A stretch of DNA of 64,000 nucleotides from the human T2T-CHM13v2.0 reference genome, Homo sapiens, in the NCBI RefSeq assembly GCF_009914755.1, contig NC_060931.1; one strand, written 5' to 3'. This document shows positions 1 to 15,101 of the stretch, one piece after another; the first letter of the stretch is position 1; each line of letters opens with the position of its first letter. The notes below the pieces were generated by a model. The model had not been told where the DNA came from. It did not search any database and was given only the letters and a program-made list of their open reading frames with translations. The position numbers were made by a program, and so were the translations under genes.

Positions 1-184
1 GGCCCCCTTCTTGCCCTTCTGCCTTCCACCATGGGATGATACAACACAAAGGCCCTTGCCAGATGCCAGCCCCTTGATCTTGGGCTTCCCAGCCTCCAGA
101 ATCATACACCAAATAAATTTCTGTTCATTATATATTATCCAGCCTGTGGTATTCTGTTTCAGTAGCACAAAACAGACTAAGACA
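1..184 (+). mobile_element. MaLR LTR 3' part (MLT1A/MST-like)
   Basis: cttgatcttgggcttcccagcctccagaa...aataaatttctgtt...cagactaagaca terminus. Confidence 0.75.
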
Positions 185-575
185 GCTAGTAACAAATGTG
201 TTTATTAAATTCAATGTCCTATATTCCTCCCACCCTGCTTAGACTCTTGTAACCACCAATCTACTTTCTGTTTTTATGTATTTGCCTATTCTGGGTATTT
301 CATATAAATAAAATCATACAGTATGTGCCTTTTTGTGTCTGGCTTCTTTCACTTAGCGTAATGTTTTCAAGGTTCATCCATGCTGTAGCATGTAACAATA
401 GTTCTTTCCTCCAGACATTTTATGAGAAAAACCTCTGTTTCATTAAAAACACATTGGGTATATTTTTGCTTGCAGCTGAAAGCATTCCTTTCAAATACAA
501 TTGTATACCCACACAAGGATGTATATATAAAGATGTTCACTTTTCTATTGTTTGTAATTGCAACAAATCACCCTT

Positions 576-995
576 TGAAATGGTTTGGATGTGTGTCCCC
601 TCAGAATTTCATGTTGAAGCGTGATCCCCACTGTTGGAGGTGAACCCTGGTGGAAGTGTTTGGATCATGGAGGCAGATCCCTCATGAATGGCTTGGTGCC
701 CTCCCCTTGGTGATGAGTAAGTTCTATTAGTTCACACAGGATCTGGTTGTTTAAGGACTTTGGCACCTCCTTTCTCTCTCTTTATCCATTCCCTCTTGCT
801 CCCTCTCGCCATATGACACCCGCCACTTCACCTTCTGTCATGATTGGAAGCTTTCTGAGGTCTTCAACAGAAGCAGATGCCGGCAATATGCTTCTCAAAG
901 AGCCTGCAGAACTGTGTGCCAAAATAACTATCTTTTCCTTATAAATTACTCAGTCTCAGGTATTCCTTTACAGCAACGCAAAATGAACTAACACA
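576..995 (+). mobile_element. MSTB-like solo LTR
   Basis: TG...CA termini, MST-type sequence and 5-bp TSD ccctt (571-575, 996-1000). Confidence 0.85.
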
Positions 996-2419
996 CCCTT
1001 CAAAACAGAGAAGTAAACAAAATTACCAATGCCCTATCTTCAGAACAATTAATTTGAATACAATACACATGCTGATACCTACTCTTCTCATAGTTGCTAA
1101 ACTGTCATAATAAATTGCCCTGTGTCTTTCAACTTGTGCTTCAATAAAGGCAAAGCAATGCTTCCTCACAGAAAACACTAAGACCCTTAGCAAGGGGTAA
1201 ATATTCACTTTTTCAAGATTATCACAGCATATTTCAAGTTCATTAATGTCATCAATAATATTATACTTTAATACAACATGCTGTGAAATATTTTAGGCCC
1301 AGTAACAAGAATGGACGACTATACACCAGATTACTCTTCCTACTGGTTTCTTGAGGAGATGGTAAAGTTGGGGGGCTGGGGAGTGAGGAGAGAAGAGGGT
1401 AGAAATAAGTCATGATTGTAAGCCAAAAACAATGGAGAGAGAAAAAGTAAAGATACTCGCACATAAAAACAGTAAACACATAGTGACTAATGTAAAATTA
1501 TTTAAGTCGTATAGATATACATAGAGGTATGAAACAATGTGCTTATTTCAGAATGGTGGAATTTCAGATTATTTTTACCCTTTTACCTTCTTCCTTAGAT
1601 CTATGAAAAAATTAAAGTTTTAACAATAAGGACTTTTATTTACACAGGATGAAAGTACTATTTTCAAAATGAACACAATAAAATTTATTCTAATAACCTT
1701 TCAGGAAAGCAATATGATGGCCTATGTATGCACTCTGATTCAATACTGTTATTCCTGGGAATTTATATTACAATAAAGAAACATTCCTCCACTTTTAGAT
1801 AATTAGGTTACCATTACTACTACTAGCAACAAGAATCACAATAATAGCTGCCACTTGAGACTTTAAGAACACACCTCTAGGAACAAAGTAATATAACAAG
1901 TAATAAAGATTTCGGTCCAGGTCTCAAAAGGGTAACCAAGAGAATAACAAATAATAATATAACAATAAACACCAGAGGAAATGGGAAAAACAAAGTAGTG
2001 TGAATACTCACTACTGTAGTGTAAATCCTATCAGAAAGCTAGTAGTTAAATCCTCAGTGTCTGTATTGGGAAGTCAATATACGTGTTCAATGTTGGTAAG
2101 CCAACAAATATTACCAAGCATTACAGAAATCACTTAGAAAAACTAAAAAAAAATAAGAGATTGCTTATGGAAAATACTTGGATAGGAGCCTTATTCTTCT
2201 TAAGGCTTCCTGTACTATCTGATGGATAGCATGTTTCTATACTATCTGATGCATGCATTAGATTTAAAAAATTATAGGCTGCTACACCCCTGACACAATA
2301 ATTTTCAAGTAATCCTTTAGAGATCTATCTATGATTCTCACTTGGAGTTTTACGTTATTTGGAAAAGTAACACCAAATAAAATCTTTACATTATTGCCTT
2401 TTGCTAAACAGGGTTGAGA

Positions 2420-2635
2420 CCTATGATTCTCAACTGAGGGTGACAATGTCCCCCCCAGGAGACATGTTGCAATGTCTGGGGACAGTTTAGTTGTCACAAC
2501 CAGGTGAATCGTGCTACTAGCATCTGGGGTCAGAGAACAGAGATGCTGTTAAAATCCCATGATGCACAGAACAGACCCGAACAATAAAGAACAATCTGTC
2601 TAGAATGTCAACAGTGCCAACGTTGAGAAACTCTG
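2420..2635 (+). mobile_element. MER20 (hAT-Charlie) DNA transposon
   Basis: ttctcaac...gcaatgtctggggac...gttgtcacaac...gttgagaaactctg, with terminal inverted repeat. Confidence 0.8.
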
Positions 2636-2722
2636 TTTTAGATTAACTGCCAAAAAAGTACAGAAGATAAGCACAGAAGTAATTACATATACAACATAAC
2701 TTGAACAGTAAATTACAAATAA

Positions 2723-3020
<298 letters not shown>

Positions 3021-3427
3021 GAATAATGCTTCATTTTTTATTGTAAGTTGCCACAGTAGAAAATGTTAATACTAATTTCACTAATATATTGTAATAAGCA
3101 CATTCCTTTCTCTTTTAAAAAAAAATGGGTCACATAAAGAAATATTAGCCAGATTAAGGGACAGATCATTCCAAACTACTTAATGTTAAAAGAAAAAAAA
3201 AAGCACTATCCCTTATGATCTCACACCCTGTGCTTTAGAAAGAAAAACATTTACACTAATTTTTGTCATGCCATCCAAAACTGTATTTAAAATTAAAAGT
3301 AAAATAGAACCACTTTCTAAAAGTCCTAGAATAACTTCTCTGGATTAAATCTATGCAGAAACTGGGTATCAAATGAAGATTCTCAAGCAGCTGCCAAATG
3401 ATGAACCCAAAGGAAGTCACCACATAG

Positions 3428-3826
<399 letters not shown>

Positions 3827-5729
3827 TAAAGGTAAAAGATAACATAGTGGCTTCTGGCTTCCAGTCCAACATGAAAGGAGCTTGGAAGTCATCTTTCCCA
3901 TCCTCGTAACAAGAAAAAAACTGAACAAACTGAAAGTCAACAACTCTTCTTAAATCCATAAAAGAAGTTAAATTACAGGGCAAACTACTGCTCTAAAAAG
4001 TGGAGAGACAAAAGCCCTTGTACAGAAGCCTGCTGCTAGAGCCAGCACTGGTAAAACACTTCAACTGTAATTGATGAATTACTAGAGGATCAGTGTGGAC
4101 TAACTAGAGAGAGAAAAACTCCAGAAGTCTAGTCTCAGGGGGGACTCCCACACTTTTTTAAAGTTTTTCCTTCAGGAGTCCTACCAGATTCTCAGAGTAA
4201 AGATTAGGGAAACTGTTAATTAAAAAATAATAATAAAAAAATAAAATCCCTTCAAGCTTCCAGCAGGAAAAGGAAAACGTAAACATTCTGAAATATGCCC
4301 AGGGCATGCTGTTCACCTCAAGAAAGGCCCGTCTGCAAGAGAAACCATTTGTACCCACAGCTTAACCTATTTGAATTTTATCAGAGCCTAATCAACCTGG
4401 AAGAAGAGAGACACCCAGCTTCAGCCCCCTCTAGCCTTCTTCACCTAAGGAAGGAGGTCAAAAGCCGAGTAGCACCTGTGAAGGTCACAGACCGGGGCAT
4501 AGGCTCCATAAAAGACTGAGACCTAATCACAAGACTACAAAATGTTCCCCTCAATCAGGCTGGAGTATAATAACAGGAGATTACAGCTAAAAGAACTGCA
4601 AGGCTCAAATTCTATTTAAGAAGTAGTCTCTAGGGGAAACCAAAGACAACAGAAGAGATAAAAACAAGAACACTAGGGGAAATTATACCCTCTGAAACCT
4701 GTAGCTACTTCAAACAGTAAGCAGCCTAACTCACACATACATAAACATAAAATCTAACAGTAAAGGCCAAATTACCTCAATCCCTTTTATCTACATCGTA
4801 TCCGGCTTCCCACAAAATACGAAGCATGCTCAAATGCAAAAATCACAATCTAAAGAGTCAAAGAGTCAGAACCAGACTCACATATGACAGAGATTTGGGG
4901 ATTATGAGAGTCTGAATTTAATTATTAATATGCAAAGGTGGAAAAGTAAACAACATTCAAAAATATGTGTGTAATGTCAGCAAAGACATGGAAATGTTAA
5001 GAATAATTTTTTTAAATGGGAGAAATCAAATATACTGTAACAGAAATGAAGAATGCTTTAATGAGCTCATCAGTAGACTAGACACCTGTGAAGGTCACAG
5101 ACCAGAGGCATAGGCTCAATAAAAGACTGAGACCTAATCACAAGACTACACAATGTTCCCCTCTCCCCATCTCTTAACACCATAGCAATTAGTCAATTAG
5201 AAGATATGTCAATGGAAACTTCCCAAGCTGAAAAGCAAACAGAAAAAATAACAATTCTGAAAAGAAACAGAATAGCCAAGAAGTACAGAACAATTACAAA
5301 AGGCATAACATACGTAACAGGAATACCAGAAAAAAAGACAGAAAGCAACAGATAAAATATTTCAAGTGATAATGGCTGATAATTTGCCAAAATTAATACA
5401 AACACCTAACAGATCCAGAAAGCTCACAGACCAACAAACAACGTAAATACAAAAAAAAAAAAAAAAAAAACCTATGTCTAGGCATATCATATGCTGCAAG
5501 CTGCAGAAAATCAAAGATAAAGAGAATATCTTGAAATAAGCTACAGGAATAAAAATGCCTTACAAATAGAGGATCAAAGATTAGAATTGCATCAGACTTC
5601 TCTTCAGAAACCATGCAAGCAAAAAGAAAGCTGTAAAATATTTCAAATGTTAAAAGGAAAAAACGAAAAATGAAAACACCAACCCAAAGTTCTGTATCCA
5701 GCAAAATTATCTTTCAAAATTAAAGGAGA

Positions 5730-6028
5730 GCACTTTGGGAGGCCGAGGCGGGCAGATCACGAGGTCAGGAGATCAAGACCATCCTGGCTAACAAGGTGAA
5801 ACCCTGTCTCTACTAAAAATACAAAAAATTAGCCGGGTGTGGTGGCGGGTGCCTGTAGTCCCAGCAACTCAGGAGGCTGAGGCAGGAGAATGGCGTGAAC
5901 CTGGGAGGCGGAGCTTGCAGTGAGCCGAGATCGCACCACTGCACTCCAGCCAGGGCGACAGAGCAAGACTCTGTCTCAATAAATAAATAAATATAGACAG
6001 ATAGGTAGATAGATAGATAGATAGATAG
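5730..6028 (+). mobile_element. 5'-truncated AluY with (TAAA)n(TAGA)n tail
   Basis: AluY diagnostics (gagaatggcgtgaac, ggagcttgcagtg). Confidence 0.9.
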
Positions 6029-6209
6029 AATTTGTCAGACAAAAGAAAACTGAAGGAATTTGTTGCCAATAGACTTAATTAGCAAGAATTTTTTTTCTTT
6101 TTTTGTTTTTACTGGAGGCACAGGTGGCTTAGCAAGAAATTTTAAAAGATCTTCATAAAAGAACATGACCACAGGACAGAAATTCAAATCTATGTAAAGA
6201 AAGATCATT

Positions 6210-6512
6210 AGGCCAGTGTCATGAACGGTGGCTGGGCTCATGGCTGTAATCCCAGCACTGTGGGAGGCCAAGGTGGGTGGATCACTTGGGCCCAGGAGAT
6301 TGAAACCAGCCAGGCCAACATCGAGAAACCCCATCTCCACTAAAAATACAAAAATTGGTTGGGCATGGTGGCATGTGCCTGTAATCTCAGCTACTCAGGA
6401 GACTTGAGGCACAAGAACTGCCTGAATCTGAGAGGCAGAGGTCACACCACTGCACTCCAGCCTAGGCGACAGAGTGAGACTCCATCTCAAACAAAAAAAA
6501 AAAGAAAAGAAA
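6210..6512 (+). mobile_element. Alu
   Basis: Dimeric Alu with TSD aaagaaagatcatta. Confidence 0.88.
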
Positions 6513-8753
6513 GATCATTAGAGAAGGAGTAAGTGAAGGTAAAATAAAGTCTTTTATTTTCTTTTTCTTAATCTAACAGACAACAATTTATTGAAAGTAA
6601 TAATAACAATAATGTATTTGGTGATAACAGCCTCTAGATAAGTGAAATGAATGACAGCAAGAGGGGAACTAGGAATATTCTCTCATAATGTACCTGCACT
6701 ACTCATGAAGCAATACAATGTTATGTGAAAGTGAAGGTAGATTACTTGCAAATGTAAATTGCAAACTCAAGGGCAACCACTGAAAATATTTTGAAAGAAG
6801 TATAATTGATATGCTAAGAGAGGAAAGAAAACAGACTCATAAAATGCTCAGCTAGAACCAAAGACAGAAAAAAAGACCAAAAAAACCACCAAGAACAAGG
6901 ACAATAGAAAATAGTTAAAACTATGGTAAATATTAAACCAATAATATCAATGATCACTTTAATATGAATGGTCTAAATATACCAATTAAAAGAGACAGAG
7001 TGGATAAAAAATACTTAACTATATGTTGTCTATAAAAAAGTATTTTAAGACAGATTAAAAGTACAGTGACAGAGAAAGACAAACCATGTTAACAATAATC
7101 AAGAGAACGGCAGCTATATTAATTTCAGGCAAGGCAGACTTCAGAGCAAAGAAAATTATCAGGACAAAGAACAGCAATACATAGTAATAAGGGGTCAATT
7201 TTCCAAGAAGAACTAACAAAATGTCAAAATACGTGAGGTGAAAATGGACAAAAATGTAAACAGAAATAGATGAATCTACTATTATAGTTGGAGACTGCAA
7301 CATCCTTCTATCAGTAATTGGCAGATGCAGCAGGCAGAAAATCAGTAAGGGTACATAGTTGAACTGAACGGCATCATCTATCAACTGGATCTAATTGACA
7401 TTTATAGAATATTTCATCCAACAATAGCACAATATGCATTCTTCTCAAGCTCACGTGAAAACACTCACTAAGACATATCATATTCTGGTTCATAAAGAAT
7501 ACCTTAACAAATTTAAAACAATATAATTCCTAACAACTATGCTCTCAGATCACAATAGAATTAAACTATAAATCAGTAACTGAAATATAGCTGGAAAACT
7601 TCTTGGAGATTAAACAAAAAGCCTCTAAATAACACATCATCAAAGAAGTCTCAAAACAAATTTTAAAATATTTTGAACTAAATGAAAATGAAAATAAATC
7701 TTATGAAAATGTGTGAGATGCAGCAAAAGCAGCGCTTAGAGGGAAATGTATAGCACTGAATTGCTACATTACAGAAGAAGAAATATCTAAATTGAATAAG
7801 CTTCTACACCTTAGGAAACTAGAAAAAAAAAGAGCAAAGTAATTCCAAAGTAAGCAAAAAAAAAAAAAAAAAGTTTAAAAAAAGCACAAATTAATGAAAA
7901 CAGGAAATCAATTTTAAAATTCACAAAATCAAAAGCTGGTTCATCAAAAAGTGCAATAAAATTGATAAACCTCTAGCCAGGCCAACCAAGTAGAAAAAGA
8001 ACACAAATTACTAACACATGAAAATGAAAAAGGGGCCATTACTCCTGTTTCCACAGACACCAAAAAAAAATTACAGGAATATTATGAACTCCGTGCCCAC
8101 AAATTTGAAAACTTAGATGAATAAATACCTTCAAAGACATAATCTACCAAAACTTCCAAGTCAAACAAATCATATTACTAGTTCTATGTCTATTAAAGAA
8201 ACCGAATCAACAATTATCTTCCAAGCACCAGTCCCAGATAGTTTCACTTTTGAATTCTACCAAATTTAAGGAAGATGTGATACAATTCTCCAAAATATCT
8301 TACAGATAACAGAAGCAGAGGGAATGCTTTCTAACACACTATATGAGGTCAACATTACCCTAATACCAAAATGAAATAAAGGCATTGAAATAAAGGAAAA
8401 CTACAGACAAATCTCTCTCATGAGCACACATGCAAAGTTCCTCAACAAAATATCAGCAAACTGAATCCAACAGTATATAAAAAGAATTATATACCACAAC
8501 CAAGTGGGAATTATCTAGTTATGCAAACCTGATTCAACATTCAAAAATCAATTAATACAATCCATCACACCAACAGGCTAAAGATGAAACATAACCTATC
8601 AATAGATGCAGGAAAATCATCTGACAAAAATCCAACAGCCATTCATGATCAAGATTCTCAGAAACCTGTGAATAAAAAAAAAATTCTCAACTTGATAAAG
8701 AATGTCTACAAAAACCCCACAGCTAACATCATACTTAATGATTAAAAAAACTA

Positions 8754-9045
<292 letters not shown>

Positions 9046-9917
9046 CACTAGAATCTTTCTCCCAAGACTGGAATCAAGGCAAAGATATCTCCTCTCAACA
9101 CTCCTATTCCGTATCATACTGGAAGTCCTAGCTAATACAGTAAGACAAGAAAAGGAAATAAAAGGCATACATATTTGGAAGAAAGAAATAAAACTCTCTT
9201 TGTTCTCTGATGACATGATTGTTTATGTAGAAAATCCTAATGAATCAACAAAAATTCCTGGCACTAATAAGCAAGGATGCAGGATAAAAAGTTAATGTTC
9301 AAAAATAAATTGCTTTCCTATATACCAGCAATTAACAACTGGAATTTGAAATAAAAAAAAAACCACCATTTACATTAGCAGCCCCAAAAAAGAATTACTT
9401 GGATATAAAACTACAAAACTCTGATTTTAAAAATATCTAAATTAATGGAGAGGTATTCCACATTCACAGAAGGAAGATTTGCTGTTGTTAACATGTCAGT
9501 TCTACCCAATCTACTCTACAGATTCACACAACCCCAATCAAAATCCCAGTAAATTATTTTCTGGATATCAAGAAAATAATTCTAAAATTATACTGAAAGG
9601 CAAAAGACCTAGAATAGGTGACACAATACTGAAGAAAAACAAATTGGAGGACTGACATTACCTGACTTCAGGAGACTTATAGGCCTACAATAATCAAGAC
9701 TATGATTTTGGTGAAAGAATAGAAAAAGATCAATGGAACAGAATAGAGAGTTGATAAATAAACCCACACAATATGGACAACTGATCTTTGTCAAAGAAGC
9801 AATGAAGAAAGAATAGTCTATTCAACAAACGGTGCTATAACAACTGGACATCCACGTACAACAAAATGAATCAAGACATAGACCCTATGGCGTTCCCAAA
9901 ATTAACTCAAAATAGAT

Positions 9918-12219
9918 TGTATTAGTCCGTTTTCACACTGCCGATAAAGACATATCAGAAACTGGCAATTTACAAAAAAGGTTTAATGAACTTACACTTC
10001 CACGTGGCTGGGGAGGCCTCACAATCATGGCGGAAGGCAAGGAGGAGCAAGTCACATCTTACATGGATGGCAACAGGCAAAGAGAAGAGTTTGTGCAGGG
10101 GAACTCTTCTTTATAAAACCATCAGATCTCATGAGACTTATTCACTATCACAAGAACAGCACGGGAAAGACCCGCCTCGTGATTCAATTACCTCCCACTG
10201 GGTCCCTCCCATGACGTGAGAATTGTGGGAGCTACAATTCAAGATGAGATTTGGTAGGGGACACAGCCAAACCAAATCATTCCACCCCAGCCCCTCCCAA
10301 ATCTAATGTCCTCATATTTCAAAACCAATCATGCCTCCCCAACAGTCCCCCAAAATCTTAACTCATTTCAGCATTAACTCAAAAGTCCATGGTCCAAAGT
10401 CTCATTTGAGACAAGGCAAGTCCCTTCTGCCTATGAGCCTGTAAAATCAAAAGCAAGTTAGTTTCTTCCTAGACACAATGAGGGTACAAGCATTGGGTAA
10501 ACACAGCCATTCTAAATGGGAGAAACTGGACAAAACAAAGGGGCTACAGGCCCCATGCAGTCTGAAATCCAGTGGGGCAGTCAAATCTTAAAGCTCCAAA
10601 ATGGTCTCCTTTGACACCATGTCTCACATCCAGGTCACACTGATGCAAAAGGTGGGCTCCTACAGCCTTGGGCAGCTCTGCCCCTGTGGCGGAGGATAGC
10701 CTTCTGTCTGCTTTCACCAGCTAGCATTGAGTGTCTGCAGCTTTTTCAGGCGCATGGTGCAAGCTGTCAGTGGACGTACCATTCTGGGGTCTGGAGGATG
10801 GTGGCCCTCTTCTCACAGCTCCACTAGGTGGTGTCCCAGTAGTAACTCTGTGTGGTGGCTCCAACCCCACATTTCCCTTCTGCACTGCCCTAGCGGAGGT
10901 TCTCCATGAGGGCCCAGCCCCTGAAGCAAACTTCTGCCTGGGCATCCATGCATTTCCATACATACATCCTCTGAAATCTAGGTGGAAATTCCTAAACCTC
11001 AATTCTTGACTTCTGTGCACCCGCAGGCTAAACACCATGTTGAAGCTGCCAAGGCTTGGGGCTTGAACCTTCTGAAGCAACAGACCCAGCTGTTGTTTGG
11101 CCCCTTTTAGTCACAGCTGGAACAGCTGGGACTCAAGGCACCAAGTCCTGAGGCTGCACAGAGCAGGGGGGCCCTGGGCCCTGCCTATGAAACCATTTTT
11201 TCATCCTAAACCTCCCAGCCTATAATGGGAGGGGCTGCCACAAAGGTCTCTGACATGCCTTGGAGACATTTTCCCCCTTGTCTTGGGGATTATCATTCAG
11301 CTCCTCATTACTTATGCAAATTTCTGCAGCCAGCTTGAATTTCTCCTCAGAAAATGGGGTTTTCTTTTCTATCTCATTGTCAGGCTGCGAATTTTCCAAA
11401 CTTCTATGCTCTGTTTTCCTTTTACAACTGAATGCCTTTAACAGCACCCAAGTTACCTCTGGAATGCTTTGCTGCTTAGAAATTTCTTCCACCAGATACC
11501 CTAAATCATCTCTCTCAAGTTCAAAGTTCAACAAATCTTTAGGGTGGGGCAAAATGTCACCAATCTCTTTTCTAAAACATAACAAGAGTCACCTTTGCTC
11601 CACTTCCCAACAAGTTTCTCCTCTCCATCTGAGACCACCTCTGCCTGGATTCCACTGTCCATATCATTATCTGCATTTTTGTCAAAGCCACTCAACAAGT
11701 CTCTAGGGAGATCCAAACTTTTCCACATTTTCCTGTCTTCTTCTGAGCCCTCCAAACTGTTCCAACCACTCTCTGTTCCCCAGTTCCAAAGTCACTTCCA
11801 CATTTTTGGGTATCTTCAACAGTGTCTCATTCTCCTGGTATGAATTTACTGTATTAGCCTGTTTCCACGCTGCTGATAAAGACATACCAGAAACTGGGCA
11901 ATTTACAAAAGAAAGAGTTTTAATGGACTTACAGTTCCACATGGCTGGAGAGGCCTCACAATCATGGTGGACAGCAAGAAGGAGCAAGTCACATCTTACA
12001 TGGATGGCAGCAGGCAAAGAGAGAAGTTTGTGCAGGGGAACTCTTCTTTATAAAACCATCAGATCTCATGAGACTTATTCACTATCACAAGAACAGCAGG
12101 GGAAAGACCTACCTCCATGATTCAATTACCTCCCAGTGGGTCCCTCCCACGACACATGAGAATTGTAGGAGCTACAATTCAAGATGAGATTTGGTGGGGG
12201 ACACAGCCAAACGATATTG
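9918..12219 (-). mobile_element. Complete THE1 (MaLR) provirus: LTR 9918-10279, internal region, LTR 11850-12219
   Basis: Two similar ~360-bp THE1B/C-type LTRs flank a ~1.57-kb THE1-int. 5-bp TSD tagat / tggat. Confidence 0.93.
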
Positions 12220-12504
12220 TGGATCATACACCTAAATGTAAAATATAAAACTATAAATCCTCTAGAAAATAACATAAAAAAAAAAAAAACTAAGTGAACT
12301 TGGGTTTGGCAATGACTATTTAGATACAATATGAAAAGCATGATCCATGAAAGAAAAAGTGATAAACTGGACTTCATTATAATTTAAAACTTCGCTCTGC
12401 AAAAGACACTGTTAAGGGAATGAAAGGACAAGCCACAGACTAGTGGGAAATTTCTGTAAAAAGTGTATCTGATAGAAGACTTGCATCCAAAACACAAAGA
12501 ACTC

Positions 12505-13331
12505 TCCCTACATAATGTGGTTGGGCCTCATCCAATCAGTGGAAGGCCTGAATAAAGCAAAAAGACTTAGTAATAGGGAATTTCTTCTGTCTGACAGCCT
12601 TCAAGCTGATACATCAGTTTTTTCCTGCCTTTGGACTCATATTCAAACATCAGCAATTCCGGGGCCTTGAGACTGTTGGACTAGGAATGAAACTACACTA
12701 TCAACAGTTCTGGGTCTCCAGCTTGCCCACTGCAGACCATGGGACTTGTCAGTCTCCATAATCACGGAGCCAATCACTTATAATAAATCTTTCTGTATAT
12801 ATGTACAAATCCCATTGGCTCAATTTCTGCTAAGAACCCTAATTGCATTGGTCAGGGTTCTCTAGAGGAACAGAACTAATAGAAGATATATATATGTATA
12901 GATAGATACAAATAGATATATATATATAAAGGGGAGTTTATTAAGTATTAACTCACATGATCACAAGGTCCCACAATAGGCCGTCTGAAAGCTGAGGAGC
13001 AAGGAGAGCCAGTCTGAGTTTCAAAACTGAAGAACTTGGAGTACAATGTCCGAGGGCAGGAAGCATCCAGCATGAGAGAAAGATGTAGGCTGGGAGGCTA
13101 GGCCAGTCTAGTCTTTTCACATTTTTTTTTTTTCTGCCTGCTTTATATTCTAGCCATGATGGCAGCTGATTAGATGGTGCCCACCCAGATTAAGTGTGGG
13201 TCTGCCTTCCCAGCCCACTGACTCAAATGTTAATCTCCTTTGGCAACGCCCTCACAGACACACCCAGGATCAATACTTTGCATCCTTCAATCCAATCAAG
13301 TTGACACTCTATATTCCATCATGCTAATACA
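12505..13331 (+). mobile_element. Old MLT2 (ERVL) LTR 3' part, split near its terminus by MLT2A
   Basis: gggcctcatccaatcag...aataaatc...gaaccctaat, with the terminal aca after the insertion. Confidence 0.75.
12844..13323 (-). mobile_element. MLT2A1-like HERV-L solo LTR
   Basis: Characteristic gtcagggttctctagag...(TA)n aaaggggagtttattaag...caatccaatcaagttgacac. 5-bp TSD ctaat. Confidence 0.88.
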
Positions 13332-13622
13332 CTCGGCAAGGTAAAATTTGCTTATGTTCGATTTAGTAAATACTTCCAAACAGTTTTCTTAGGGGCTGTA
13401 CAAATTCATACTCATACCAGCAATGTATGAGAGTTCTGGTTGCTTCCCATCCTTATCAGAACCTGGCATTTTCTTTTTTAAACTATTTTATTTTAGCCAT
13501 TCTCTGACTTAATTTTTCTCTTTCTAAAATAAATACATTAAATATATTTACCATTGCAGTAGGCTATATAGAGGATTAATAAGGCAGGAGCTTTTTAATT
13601 TTAGTATGAAGCAAAAGTATTA

Positions 13623-13961
<339 letters not shown>

Positions 13962-14494
13962 TAGCTAGTGAAAAGAAAATCAAAATCATTTACAAAGCTC
14001 TTCTAACCAAGTGCCTCCAAAAAAGGTTGGTTTCATAATCTTAACTCTTGTTCATAAACATAATTAGAACCAGTTGTAATAATCTGTATTGGTTTTGTCA
14101 AATCACTGCCCTTTAAGTTAACAGCAGCCTATATGATAATTGTAAGTTAGTGAAAAAATGTCTTATCACCTTATTCAAATTTCACTCTATATTAATATGT
14201 TTCAAACAATAAACCTATGATGATATATTTTTAAATTCATTCACACTGCATGCCTTGGAGGGTGAAGATATGGTCCATAGGAGGTTACGAATGAAGACTC
14301 AATAAATGTTAAATAAGGCAATGAAAAGAGGTTTTTATGAGAAAATAACATTTTCATATACCTCTATATACTTGGAATAAAACCAAATAGAAATCCTAAC
14401 TCCTAATTTGTGCTCTAGAAATGAAAGAATACTTCTTAATTTTCTAAACCTAGCAATAAGCAATCTGAAAATAAAATTTAAAAAGCAATTCCAG

Positions 14495-15101
14495 GGCCGG
14501 GCACAGTGGCTCACGCCTGTAATCTCAGCACTTTGGGAGGCCCGACATGGGTGGATCACGAGGTCAAGAGTTTGAGACCAGCCTGACCAACATGGTGAAA
14601 CCCCATCTCTACTAAAAATACAAAAATTAGCCAGGCACGGTGGTGGGTGCTTGTAATACCAGGTATTCAGGAGGCTGAGGCAGGAGAACTGCTAGAACCT
14701 AGGAAGCAGAGGTTGCAGTGAGCCGAGGTCGCGCCATTGCACTTCAGCCTGGGTGACAGCGCGAGACTCTGTCTCAAAAAAAAAAAAAAAAAAGCAATTC
14801 CCTTTCAGCCAGGCGCAGTGGCTCATGCTGTAAAACCAGAACTTTGGGAGGTCAAGGCAGGAGGATCGCTTGAGCTCAGCAGTTCAAGACCAGCCTGGGC
14901 AACATAGAGAGACGCCAGCTCTACAAAAAATATAAAAATTAGCTGGGCGTGATGTTGCACGCCTGTAGTCTCAGCTACTAGGGAAACTGAGGTGGGAAGA
15001 TCACTTGAGCCTAGGGGTTTCAGGCTGCAGTGAGCCATGATCATGCCACTGCACTCCAGGCACAGTGACAAAGTGAGACCTTATCTCAAAAAGAAAAAAA
15101 A
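14495..15101 (+). mobile_element. Two tandem Alus (AluS 14495-14793; AluJ 14807-15101)
   Basis: Two dimeric Alus; the first has TSD aaaaagcaattcc. Confidence 0.9.
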
